55,407 nt of DNA from an uncultured Halobacteriales archaeon (lineage in GTDB: Archaea > Thermoplasmatota > E2 > JACPAO01). Below the pieces are notes generated by a model. The model did no database searches. It was not told the DNA's origin and saw only the letters and a program-made list of their open reading frames with translations. This document shows positions 35,267-44,417 of this stretch, piece after piece. The DNA is taken from assembly GCA_964408365.1 (NCBI GenBank), contig CAYOZB010000003.1, forward strand, positions 1 to 55,407. The letters run 5' to 3'. Position 1 is the stretch's first letter. The number at the start of each line of letters is the position of its first letter. Both the position numbers and the translations under genes were made by a program.

Positions 35267-36139
35267 GTGAAGCGGGCGCTCCTGGCATTGGCGGCAATCG
35301 CGATACTGCCACTTTCTGCCACGGCTGTGGACGCGCAGAATACCTGCGTGACCACCAGTTGGGTCGATACGGGACCCGTGCGCAACGTCGTTCGGCCGGG
35401 GGTCGACGAGTATCGCGGTCGAGTCACGTTCACGCGCCAAGCCGGTTGCCCGTTGGCCGGTTGCCCCGATGGCACTGCAGCCGACGCCACGTTCCGGCTG
35501 GGAAACGGGCAACAACCGTGGGTGGTTGGCAATTTCACGCAGAATCCCGTGCCGGTTAACGGCTCAACGCAACCTTTGTCGGTGCGTACGACGCAGAACG
35601 AGTTGTTCTTTCGGTTGAATCGCAGCGCGCCGGCAGAGTCCTCGTTCACCATCCAGGTCTTTGTCGAATGCGGGTCTCCTAACACCCGGTCCGTTGCGAC
35701 CAAAAGCTTCCGCGTGGGACCTTTGGTCGATGTCGCTGCGGACGTCGTTGCCGCCGCCCCCATCGATAATGGTGCCCAATGGGTCATCCGGATCACGAAC
35801 AGCGGGAACGTCCCCGTGATCGCCGAGTTCGAGCCGCACCCCAGCGAATCGGAGGCCGGCATCAATTGGACGGTCCCCGATTTCCAACTCGTGCCCGTCG
35901 CCGAGGGCGACGCGGAGTCTTTGGCGGTGGCCGTCACTGTGTTGGTTCAAGGGGAGAACATCTCTGGGAACCTTTCCTTGACGCTTCGGATGCGGGAGGC
36001 TGACGATGAGCAGGCCCCGCCCTTCGAGTTCGAATTGCCGTTGCCCTACACGGTGTTCACGGGCAAGTCCACGCCGACCGTTCCTGTGGCGTGGCTGCTG
36101 ATCGCCTTGATCGCGGTCTTCGTGGCCCGGCGACGTTAG
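35267..36139 (+). CDS. Secreted surface protein with C-terminal sorting-signal-like anchor
   Basis: Signal peptide, ITNSGNV Ig-like motif, and C-terminal KSTP-TM-RRR. Confidence 0.7.
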   Translation: MKRALLALAAIAILPLSATAVDAQNTCVTTSWVDTGPVRNVVRPGVDEYRGRVTFTRQAGCPLAGCPDGTAADATFRLGNGQQPWVVGNFTQNPVPVNGSTQPLSVRTTQNELFFRLNRSAPAESSFTIQVFVECGSPNTRSVATKSFRVGPLVDVAADVVAAAPIDNGAQWVIRITNSGNVPVIAEFEPHPSESEAGINWTVPDFQLVPVAEGDAESLAVAVTVLVQGENISGNLSLTLRMREADDEQAPPFEFELPLPYTVFTGKSTPTVPVAWLLIALIAVFVARRR

Positions 36140-37350
36140 GTCAACGCGTAGCGGAGCACTTTCGGCGCGAACTTCAGAAGCCGCGGCTCCGCCAAAAGAA
36201 GCGGCGCCAAGAGATGCGACGGGTGATCGATGTCCCCGAACCGATCCAGGACCGCCAATGATCGCCGGTTGGAGAACAAGCGGAACGCTTCTTCGATCTC
36301 GTTGGCGGACATGTGAAGGAACGCTTTTCGCAGTTTCCAACCGATGCGGATCTCGCGTCCGATCTTCGAACGACGGAACCGGTCATCATAGGCGCGAAGC
36401 CGTCGTCGGCTCGTGTCGCCGCGTTTGAGCGCGTCGCTGGCGACGTCGGCTGCGATGACGCTTCCTTCGAGACCCGTGTAGATGCCACCGCCGGAGCTTG
36501 GTTTGGGCATCGCGCACGCGTCCCCGACGAGGAGGATGCCGTCGTCCGTGAACCGTTCCGGCATCCCGAGGGGAACGGTGCCGACGATGGGTCGAGTGAT
36601 CGTCGCGGCCTCGGGGATGTAGGGGGCGACGAACTCGTTCTTTCGGAATTCTTTGAAATGTTCGTACGCGCTTTTTCGGCGCGGTCGCATGCAGAGCCCG
36701 GCGCGTCCCGTCGTCCTGGTGACGGGAATGACCCAGGAGAAGAAGCCTGGGGCAAGGGTGGGGTCCGTGAAGACGGGGATCATGTCCGAGCGGGGCAGCG
36801 TGAGGCCTTCGAGTTCGGCTTCGAATCCGGGCAGGAATTCTTTGGGTCGGGGCATGTTGAAGGCGCGTCCGACGTTGGTCTGGACGCCGTCGGCTCCGAT
36901 CAGGATCCGCGAGTGGACCTTGACTTCTGAGGTGCCTCCGGGTTCTTTTCGGAGGATGGTGGAGTGGAATCCGTCGCCGTTTCTTTGGGCGGACATCCAC
37001 TTGGCGTTCGTCCAGAGTTCCACGCCGGCGTCGGTCGCGGTCTTGGCGACGCGTCGGTCGAATTCACAACGGTCCATGAGCAAGGCGTGGTCGGCGCCCG
37101 AGTCGAGTTCGATCATGCGGCCCTTGGGGGAGAAAATGTAGGCTCCGCGGATCTTGTTGATCACGACGTCGCTTTGCGGGAACGCGATGAGTTTGGCGAG
37201 TTTGTTCGTGACGAGGCCGGCGCATTGCATGGGTTCGCCGACGACGTCGTCCTCCTCGAGGAGCAAGGTGCGGTGGCCCTCCCGGGCGAGCAAACGAGCC
37301 GTGTTGGAGCCAGCGGGTCCGGCGCCGACGACGAGCGCGTCGACCCGCAT
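36136..37350 (-). CDS. Geranylgeranyl reductase family (digeranylgeranylglycerophospholipid reductase-like)
   Basis: VGAGPAGS, PMQCAG, DRCEFD, GADG, FSWVIP and VGDA...P.SGGGI motifs. Confidence 0.9.
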   Translation of the reverse strand: MRVDALVVGAGPAGSNTARLLAREGHRTLLLEEDDVVGEPMQCAGLVTNKLAKLIAFPQSDVVINKIRGAYIFSPKGRMIELDSGADHALLMDRCEFDRRVAKTATDAGVELWTNAKWMSAQRNGDGFHSTILRKEPGGTSEVKVHSRILIGADGVQTNVGRAFNMPRPKEFLPGFEAELEGLTLPRSDMIPVFTDPTLAPGFFSWVIPVTRTTGRAGLCMRPRRKSAYEHFKEFRKNEFVAPYIPEAATITRPIVGTVPLGMPERFTDDGILLVGDACAMPKPSSGGGIYTGLEGSVIAADVASDALKRGDTSRRRLRAYDDRFRRSKIGREIRIGWKLRKAFLHMSANEIEEAFRLFSNRRSLAVLDRFGDIDHPSHLLAPLLLAEPRLLKFAPKVLRYALT

Positions 37351-37427
37351 GTGGGAATCCATTGGAACGCGTCGAACTCGGACCAACATATTAAAGGAAC
37401 CGCGGAGGTTGCGCGAACCGGAACCGA

Positions 37428-37823
37428 ATGGTCGACTGGGCCGTTGTGTTGTATCTCGTCGCGTTCGCGATCATCCTGGTCTTGCTCGTGCGGTTGGCCA
37501 CGAAGGCCCGCAGCGCGACCACCATGCAGCAAGAAGGGGAAAACCCGCATGAGGCGATGCTGCTGCGGTTCATCGATGACGAATCCGGCGCCCGCGTCGG
37601 CGAGACCGTAGCGGTCGAAGGCAGCGATTTCATCGTCAAGGATCCCAAAGGGTTCCTCGCGGTGCCGACGACGAGCGTCCGCGAAGAAGGCAAAGGCCTC
37701 CGGTTGACGCAGGGGTTCGACGAGGTCGAGGCCCGACGTAAGGGCGAAGCGTGGCGCGAGAAGTCCCACAAGGTCATCACCTACTCCGAATCCGAGCTTC
37801 CGAAGGACGAACCCGGGGGCTGA
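37428..37823 (+). CDS. Membrane-anchored archaeal hypothetical protein (possible DUF5749/PRC-barrel-like)
   Basis: N-terminal TM, GARVGETV...FIVK...FLAVP, and EARRKGEAW. Confidence 0.65.
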   Translation: MVDWAVVLYLVAFAIILVLLVRLATKARSATTMQQEGENPHEAMLLRFIDDESGARVGETVAVEGSDFIVKDPKGFLAVPTTSVREEGKGLRLTQGFDEVEARRKGEAWREKSHKVITYSESELPKDEPGG

Positions 37824-37832
37824 ACCCCGCCT

Positions 37833-38198
37833 TTGGACGACGGTTTTTCTCACAAAATGGTCATCGTCGTCCGCCGCGACCTCAAACTATCGGCGGGGAA
37901 GATGTCCGCCCAGGTCGCTCACGCGGCGGTCGACTGCGCGTTGAAGTCGAAGGCCGACGCGGAGAAAGCGTTCAAGAAATGGAAGAGCGAAGGCCAGAAG
38001 AAAGTCGTCGTCCGGGTGGATTCCGAGCGCGACCTTCACGATTTGAAAATGGCCGCGGAAGGTCGCGGGCTCGTGACGAGCCTCATCTCCGACGCCGGAT
38101 TGACCGAGGTCGCGCCGGGCACCGTCACCGTGTTGGGCATCGGCCCTGGCCCGAACGCTCAGGTCGACCAGGTCACCGGCAAACTGCCGTTGCTCTGA
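37833..38198 (+). CDS. pth2: Peptidyl-tRNA hydrolase Pth2
   Basis: KMVIVVRRDLKLSAGKMSAQVAHA, GQKKVV, DAGLTEV and GIGP motifs. Confidence 0.97.
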   Translation: MDDGFSHKMVIVVRRDLKLSAGKMSAQVAHAAVDCALKSKADAEKAFKKWKSEGQKKVVVRVDSERDLHDLKMAAEGRGLVTSLISDAGLTEVAPGTVTVLGIGPGPNAQVDQVTGKLPLL

Positions 38199-38235
38199 GT
38201 AGCTTCAAACGCCGCAAAACCTTCTTCGTGACCCG

Positions 38236-38808
38236 TTGAAGTCGGACGTCCGGTTCTTGGGATTCGACGATTCGCCATTCACCTTCAAGGATCCTGAGGT
38301 GCGCGTTGTCGGCGTCGTGACCCGCGGCGCTTCGTACGTCGAAGGCGTCCTTTCACATCACGTGACGACGGATGGTGCCGATGCGACGGCCACGTTGATC
38401 CGAATCGTGTCGGAGTCGCGGTTCCGACCGATGCTTCGCGCCATGTTTCTCAACGGCGTCACATTGGCCGGGTTCAACATCGTCGATCTCGAGACGTTTC
38501 ACCAAAACACGGGAGTGCCGGTCGTATCCGTCGTCCGCGATGAGCCGGATTACAAGAAATCCGAGGCGGCGCTTCGAAAACATTTCCCGGACGCGGATGC
38601 CCGCGTGGATTTGCTCGCGCGTCAACGTCCTGTGGCGGTGAAGAACGGAACGTTCACCGTGTGGTGCTTCGCGCGTGGCTTGGAAACGCGAGAACTGACG
38701 ACGTTGCTCGAGGCGGCGACGATCCGTGGCGCCATCCCAGAACCGATCCGCTTGGCCCATGTCATCGCGTCGGGGATCGCGCGCGGGCACAGCCGCGGTC
38801 CCGCGTGA
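38236..38808 (+). CDS. DUF99 family (endonuclease V-like) protein
   Basis: LGFDD, DGADAT, GVTLAGFNIVD and PEPIRLAHVIASG motifs. Confidence 0.9.
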   Translation: MKSDVRFLGFDDSPFTFKDPEVRVVGVVTRGASYVEGVLSHHVTTDGADATATLIRIVSESRFRPMLRAMFLNGVTLAGFNIVDLETFHQNTGVPVVSVVRDEPDYKKSEAALRKHFPDADARVDLLARQRPVAVKNGTFTVWCFARGLETRELTTLLEAATIRGAIPEPIRLAHVIASGIARGHSRGPA

Positions 38809-38809
38809 C

Positions 38810-39883
38810 CTACAATCCGAGGCGTTTTCGCACGTCGACGGCCAAGCCGTCGCGTTCGAGCCGTTGCTTGAGTTGCGTGATGACGGGTACGGGCGTCGGG
38901 TCCACGTGGCGAAGAACGGCTGTGTAGACGCTCGTGTAGTCGGCGAACATGATGTGCTCGAGGCATTGCCCCAGGGGTGTGCGGCATTCCGCGCGGATCT
39001 GTTCGACGGGGACTTTTTCCTTGGTGGCGACGTCGGCGAGGAAATCGAACCGGGCGGCGACTTCTTTTGGTTCGCGGTTGCGTCGAAGGAGGATCATGGC
39101 GTCGACGGAATGCTTCGGCGTCTGGGCCCACGGGACGATGTCGTTGTGGTTCATTTCCGGCAAGTGTTCGGCGCGCGCGAAGATCTTCGAGTTCTCGTTG
39201 AGTTGCGCTTTCCATCGCATCGCGGCCGGCCAGAGGTGTCCTTCGCCGACGATGGTGGGCTGCGCGTTACGGATGTGCTCGGCCAACAGCAACGCGCGAT
39301 CTTCTGTGCCGGAGAGTTTGGGTTGGAGTTGGACGTGGAGGTTCTGCAGGATGTTCTCGTCGAGCGGGTCGAGCTCAAGTCTGCCGAGGCCGGCGCGGTC
39401 GAGCATGCCGGCGAGTCCGCCAAACAGCAACGGCAACGCGGCTCGGGGTTGGCGCGCGGAAGGGACGTTGAAGATGGGGAGTCTGTTTTTTGTGAGGTAC
39501 TTTGCCAAGTGCCCGCCGGACGTGATGCCGGCGACCATTGCGCCGCGGTCCTTTGCGTCGGCGACGCACGCCAAGGTCTCCTCCGTGTTGCCGCTGTACG
39601 AGGTGGCGATGACGAATGTGCGCGCGGACGCCCATGTTGGCAGGCGGTAGTCCTTGACGACGAAGATCGGTTTCGGAGAGGTCGGTTGGAGAAGGGCTTC
39701 GACGAGGCTGGCGCCGATGCCGCTTCCGCCCATTCCGGTGAGGACAACGTTGTCGAACTGGGTGGTCGACGGCAGGGGCAAGGCGCGCGCCGTGGCGTAG
39801 GCTTCCTTGTAATCCTTGATGAAAGTCGCCATCGCCTGGAACATGTCAGCGCCGAGGGATTCGGATTTCGTGACCACAGGCAT
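38810..39883 (-). CDS. Bifunctional phosphoglucose/phosphomannose isomerase
   Basis: GMGGSG, SYSGNTEET, QPRAA, RWKAQLNENSK and PEMNHN motifs. Confidence 0.95.
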   Translation of the reverse strand: MPVVTKSESLGADMFQAMATFIKDYKEAYATARALPLPSTTQFDNVVLTGMGGSGIGASLVEALLQPTSPKPIFVVKDYRLPTWASARTFVIATSYSGNTEETLACVADAKDRGAMVAGITSGGHLAKYLTKNRLPIFNVPSARQPRAALPLLFGGLAGMLDRAGLGRLELDPLDENILQNLHVQLQPKLSGTEDRALLLAEHIRNAQPTIVGEGHLWPAAMRWKAQLNENSKIFARAEHLPEMNHNDIVPWAQTPKHSVDAMILLRRNREPKEVAARFDFLADVATKEKVPVEQIRAECRTPLGQCLEHIMFADYTSVYTAVLRHVDPTPVPVITQLKQRLERDGLAVDVRKRLGL

Positions 39884-39972
39884 GGGCTCCCTCCAAATGA
39901 ACCCCGACCATATGAACGCGACTCGCGAGAGGCACGTTGAAGACCCGCCGGAGCCTCCGAATCGCGTTCCCG

Positions 39973-40959
39973 ATGGGCAACGGCCGCTGGACCTTGGGTC
40001 TTTACAATTCGTACGACCCGCACCATTTCCATGAGGCGATGCGACGCGCCGTTTCCCGGGCGGCGCCGCTCTGCCGGGCCTTCGAGTTCAACCTCGCCCC
40101 GATCGGGTTCCCGTTCCACGCGTTCAAGGACAAGAAAGGCAAGATCCCGGAACGTCCTACCCCGAATGTACTTGCCGAAATGTTGGCCGACGCAACGACC
40201 ATCGGCGAAGGCGGCGAATACTTGGTCGAACTCGCCAAGGAAGGCCGGTTCACCCCGATCGGGTTCCCGGACCGAGGGTTTCCCCCCCAATACGGGACGC
40301 CGGTGCTCGCAACGCGGAACCCGGACCCGAAGAAAACGATCGATCTGCGCGAAATCATCTTCCAGACCGTTGCGGGGAAATCGTTCTTGTTCATCGTCGG
40401 TCTCGGTCCGCGAGGCGTTCCGAAAGACGTCCAAAAAGAGGCCGAGTACCATCTCGAACTCACCGGCCACCAATATTCACTCGAGACCGCGACCGCCTTG
40501 GGCGCGCTTGTCGGCCGTTTGTGGGAATGCTTAGACCAAGTGCGTCGCCCCCGCGGCCCTTCATTGACCGTCGACGCAGCGGTCGTCCGCGGGAAGGAGA
40601 TACTGCTCGTCAAACGCGGACGCGAACCGTACAAGGGCACCTGGAGCCTTCCGGGCGGATTCGTCTCCTCGGGCGAGACCGTCGAGGCCGCGACGTTGCG
40701 AGAACTCGAGGAGGAGACTGGGATCAAAGGAACCATCGGCCCGCTCGTAGGTGTGTATTCGGATCCACGTCGTGACCCGCGAGGACACACCTGCGGGATC
40801 GTGCATCTCGTACACGCGCCGGACGGCGCGCCCAAGGGCGCGGACGATGCCGAGGATGCCCGGTTCTGGCCGTTGGACGCTCCGCCGACCTTGGCGTTCG
40901 ACCATGGCCGCATCATCCAAGACGTACGACGCGCCCTTTTCGAGAAACCGCAACCTTAA
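39973..40959 (+). CDS. DUF531 domain fused to a Nudix hydrolase (ADP-ribose pyrophosphatase-like)
   Basis: N-terminal TLGLYNSYD...RAAP...GLGPRG...SLETATALG (DUF531) and a C-terminal Nudix box PGGFVSSGETVEAATLRELEEETG with RDPRGH and LAFDH. Confidence 0.88.
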   Translation: MGNGRWTLGLYNSYDPHHFHEAMRRAVSRAAPLCRAFEFNLAPIGFPFHAFKDKKGKIPERPTPNVLAEMLADATTIGEGGEYLVELAKEGRFTPIGFPDRGFPPQYGTPVLATRNPDPKKTIDLREIIFQTVAGKSFLFIVGLGPRGVPKDVQKEAEYHLELTGHQYSLETATALGALVGRLWECLDQVRRPRGPSLTVDAAVVRGKEILLVKRGREPYKGTWSLPGGFVSSGETVEAATLRELEEETGIKGTIGPLVGVYSDPRRDPRGHTCGIVHLVHAPDGAPKGADDAEDARFWPLDAPPTLAFDHGRIIQDVRRALFEKPQP

Positions 40960-40990
40960 ACACGTTCGTCGGAATGAGATGGGTCCTTCG

Positions 40991-41305
40991 ATGCCATTCT
41001 GTCCCAACGACAAATCCATGTTGATGCTCGTCGGCGGCAAATTCACCTGCAAAAAATGCGGATACTCACCCGCGGGTCCCGCAAAGTCGCACAAGATCAC
41101 GCATGCGTCCGAGGGCAAGGACATGTTGATCCTGGACAAGGAAGCGCAAGAGAAGCTCGAGGTGATGCCGAGGATCCAGGCGGAATGTTCCAAGTGTGGG
41201 AACAACGAGGCGTGGTACCGGACGCAGCAGACGCGGAAATCGGACGAGCCGGAGACAATGTTCCTTCGGTGCACCAAGTGCGACAACCGGTGGCGAAAAT
41301 ATTAG
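40991..41305 (+). CDS. tfs: Transcription factor S (TFS/RpoM)
   Basis: N-terminal Zn-ribbon-like region and C-terminal CSKC...QTRKSDEPET...CTKC. Confidence 0.95.
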   Translation: MPFCPNDKSMLMLVGGKFTCKKCGYSPAGPAKSHKITHASEGKDMLILDKEAQEKLEVMPRIQAECSKCGNNEAWYRTQQTRKSDEPETMFLRCTKCDNRWRKY

Positions 41306-41315
41306 GTCCGCGCCG

Positions 41316-41942
41316 GTGGCCGTCCTGTTGGCCCTCTTCGTATGGAGCGGGTGCGTATCGGCCCCAGCGCTGGGCGGGCCGAGCGACTCCGGATCGCCGA
41401 CGCCCTCGCCGTTGCGGTCCGTTCCAGTCCACATGGTCTTCGCAGATGGGCACGTCAACGGGACATCCAATCGAACCGTAGAAGGCGGAATCGCTTGCGC
41501 GTTGCCGCAGCCAAATGCGAGAGTCGATTTGGCGAATGAAACCGTTTGGACCCGTGATGATCTGTGGCCCGTCGGCGGGCTTGTGGTATTGCTCCGGATC
41601 CAGTTCCATGATCCTGGCGATTATTGCAACCCCCATCAGGCCGTTTGGCCCCTCGAGAACACTTTCGCTTGGAGGCTTCATTCATACGAATTCGCTGTCG
41701 CCATCGAGCAGGAAGGCTCCTCGCTGCATTTCGACGACGAAACATACGTCGTCGGTGCGAACCGCACCTGGCACGTCCAATTCACGGAGTCCTTTACGAC
41801 CCGGCATGTGGACTACGAGGGAAACATCACGTTGACGAACGCCGGCCCGGATTGGGTCATGAACGCCGTCGCGAACTTGGAGTCTGTTCGCGGCTACGGG
41901 GCATTGGCGAATGGTTTTCCACGAGCGCCCAGCACGTCGTAG
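41316..41942 (+). CDS. Hypothetical lipoprotein
   Basis: Lipobox-like WSGC after a hydrophobic stretch; fills the tfs-pcn gap. Start uncertain. Confidence 0.55.
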   Translation: MAVLLALFVWSGCVSAPALGGPSDSGSPTPSPLRSVPVHMVFADGHVNGTSNRTVEGGIACALPQPNARVDLANETVWTRDDLWPVGGLVVLLRIQFHDPGDYCNPHQAVWPLENTFAWRLHSYEFAVAIEQEGSSLHFDDETYVVGANRTWHVQFTESFTTRHVDYEGNITLTNAGPDWVMNAVANLESVRGYGALANGFPRAPSTS

Positions 41943-41995
41943 CCGCGTTTCCACTGCAACTTTCCAAGTGAAAATCCGCGATCGGCCTCCAGCGA

Positions 41996-42003
41996 TTTTA
42001 TAA
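41996..42003 (+). promoter_or_regulatory. TATA box upstream of PCNA
   Basis: TTTTATAA in an otherwise GC-rich context, about 35 nt before the first in-frame ATG (42038). Confidence 0.6.
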
Positions 42004-42076
42004 GTCGCCGTTCTCTGGAACCCCCAGCAGGTTCGGGATGCCATCCGAAACAGCTGTTATCACGAAGGGAACGACC

Positions 42077-42814
42077 ATGTTCAAAGCGAAAGTGAAGGCG
42101 AGCGTCCTCAAGGGGATCATCGACGCCACCACGACGCTCGTTGATGAGGTCAAGATCCACATCACAGCCGAAGGCATCAGCCTGAAAGCCGTCGACCCCG
42201 CCCACGTCGCGATGGTCGACCTGTCCCTCGGCTCCAAAGCGTTCTCCGAGTTCAAGGCCTCCGACCTCGAACTGGGCCTCGACCTTGACAAACTGAAAGA
42301 GATCCTCAAACTCGCGAGCAACGAAGACACGATCGGTCTCGAGTACAAGGAAGACCAGAACCGGCTCGTCGTCACGGTCGGCAACCTCGTCCGCCGTATG
42401 TCCCTCACCGACACCGCCGGCATGCCCGACCCCAAAGTGCCGAACCTTAACCTCCCCAACCGCGTCAAGATCAAGGCCTCCGAACTCGCCCAGGGCATCA
42501 AGGCGAGCGAATCCGTATCGGACCACATCTCGCTCGTGTGCGACGACAACGCGTTCGAACTCAACGCCGAAGGCGACACGGACACGGTCAACCTCAAACT
42601 CACGAAGAACCAACTCGTGGAGCTCAAGGCGAGCGAGCGGACCAAGTCGCTCTTTTCCCTTGATTACTTCAGCAACATGGTGAAGGCCGCCGACAGCGGA
42701 TCGGACATCAGCCTCGCGTTGGGCAGCGATTACCCCGTGCGCGTCGAATTCGACTTCGCCGACGGCCACGGGCACGTCACCTACCTCTTGGCGCCTCGGA
42801 TCGAGAGCGACTAA
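42077..42814 (+). CDS. pcn: DNA polymerase sliding clamp PCNA
   Basis: MFKAKV...AVDPAHVAMVDL, FSLDYF and YLLAPRIE motifs. Confidence 0.98.
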   Translation: MFKAKVKASVLKGIIDATTTLVDEVKIHITAEGISLKAVDPAHVAMVDLSLGSKAFSEFKASDLELGLDLDKLKEILKLASNEDTIGLEYKEDQNRLVVTVGNLVRRMSLTDTAGMPDPKVPNLNLPNRVKIKASELAQGIKASESVSDHISLVCDDNAFELNAEGDTDTVNLKLTKNQLVELKASERTKSLFSLDYFSNMVKAADSGSDISLALGSDYPVRVEFDFADGHGHVTYLLAPRIESD

Positions 42815-42869
42815 ACCCATCGAGGCAAGCGCCTCAACGGTAAAATAGGCGTTAGCGGAAGTCCCGCCG

Positions 42870-43751
42870 ATGCGTTTTGCCTCCGTGGTCGCCGTCCTGC
42901 TGGCGTTGATGCTGGCAGGCTGCTTGGGCGCAGGCGGCGCGTCGAAGACCGCTCCCACCTCGGCCGTTCCACCTGTTGCGGAGGAACGCGACGAGCCCTG
43001 TCTTGTCTTCACCGTCGTCGACGAAGAACTCGTCCCCATCCAGAACGCAAACGTCACCTTCGATGAGCTCAACCTGGTCGTGCCCACCGACGCGGCCGGG
43101 CAAGTCGAAGTGTGCGGCATCCCCAACGGTTCCTACCACATCGCCGTCGCGGCCAAAGGGTACGACACGGCACGAAAGACCGTCACGTTCCCGAGCAACG
43201 ACGCAGTCCGGCTCACCTTGCGACTCCTGCCCGTCCTTGTCCCCTACAGCGAGGTCCTTCCGAAGAGCCTCTTCTACACGTTCAGCCTCAGCACGGTCGA
43301 CGCGACGATCTCCCGCTACGCGTCGCTCAACCAGGTCGCTTGCAGCCCGTGCGCGTTGGATTTCGTGACGCCCACCATGCCCGACTTCGTCTACTGGGAA
43401 GCCTCCTGGCAACGTTCCGCCATGCTTCTTCCCTCCGAGGACCAGATGTACCACGTGTTCCGAGGCGGGGCGCCATTCGAGAACAGTCCGGGCGACACGA
43501 CCAACCGCGACATCGGCATGGGAGCGATGGCCCAACCGTTCGCGTTCCAATACCACCGCAACGACATGGTCACCTCGCCGCCGGTGGCTCAGGCGCGAGA
43601 CGTGGGGGGCGAAGTGGCGTTCTCGGGCGCCATGTATTGTTGGGGTGACCCGCCCGCGCCTTGCGTCAACCAGCGGATCGACGTGTTCCTCACCGTCTGG
43701 TACAACATCCTCAAGGTGCCCGAAGGCTACACGGCGCTTCCGCCACCGTAG
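42870..43751 (+). CDS. Lipoprotein with carboxypeptidase-regulatory-like domain (paralog of 22426-23364)
   Basis: Lipobox LAGC, VVDEELVPIQNANV and a similar C-terminal GYTALP. Confidence 0.8.
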   Translation: MRFASVVAVLLALMLAGCLGAGGASKTAPTSAVPPVAEERDEPCLVFTVVDEELVPIQNANVTFDELNLVVPTDAAGQVEVCGIPNGSYHIAVAAKGYDTARKTVTFPSNDAVRLTLRLLPVLVPYSEVLPKSLFYTFSLSTVDATISRYASLNQVACSPCALDFVTPTMPDFVYWEASWQRSAMLLPSEDQMYHVFRGGAPFENSPGDTTNRDIGMGAMAQPFAFQYHRNDMVTSPPVAQARDVGGEVAFSGAMYCWGDPPAPCVNQRIDVFLTVWYNILKVPEGYTALPPP

Positions 43752-43862
43752 CGTTTCCTGTGCGGACCTTGGTCGCGCCCTGTGGATTCCACGGGCTTTG
43801 CCGCCGTATCTCTGGTCTGACGCGCAAAGAACTCATCAAAACCCGCGTGAAACGTTAACAAT

Positions 43863-44306
43863 TCACGTGACGCGCGGCGTGAAACTTTCCTTCACGACCG
43901 ACAACACGAGATGCGTGCTGGTTCGCAGGATGAATTTGTTCGTGAGCATACGCTTCACGAAGCCATTGAGGTCATCGATGTCGCGGAACTTCGCGACGAC
44001 CACCGCGTCGTATTCCCCGGTCACGTCGTAGATGCTGCACACGTGCGGGTCGCGGGTGATGTCCTGCTCCACTTCCTGCAAATGGCCGCCTTGGATCTGG
44101 AACTGGATCAACGCGGTGACACTGTAGCCGAGTTTCTTGGCGTCGAGCTCCGGGATCATCCGTTTGATGATACCGTCGTCCTTCAGGCGCTTGATCCGGT
44201 TGTGGACCGTCCCCACGGTGGTCTTGCAACGCTCCGCGATGGTCTTGAAATTGGTCTGCGCGTCGCCTTGGAGGATCTTGAGGATGTTCCGGTCGAGGTC
44301 GTCCAT
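43863..44306 (-). CDS. Lrp/AsnC family transcriptional regulator
   Basis: MDDLDRNILKILQGDA...VHNRIKRL and YDVTGEYD motifs. Confidence 0.95.
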   Translation of the reverse strand: MDDLDRNILKILQGDAQTNFKTIAERCKTTVGTVHNRIKRLKDDGIIKRMIPELDAKKLGYSVTALIQFQIQGGHLQEVEQDITRDPHVCSIYDVTGEYDAVVVAKFRDIDDLNGFVKRMLTNKFILRTSTHLVLSVVKESFTPRVT

Positions 44307-44417
44307 CTTCTAGACCCGGCAAACGGCCCCCGTCGTTAAAAGACGGGCGCAAACGACGCGACCGTTTCAACGACGTGACCCAAAGGCGTTTGAAGGCCTT
44401 GCGGACCTGGAGAAACC

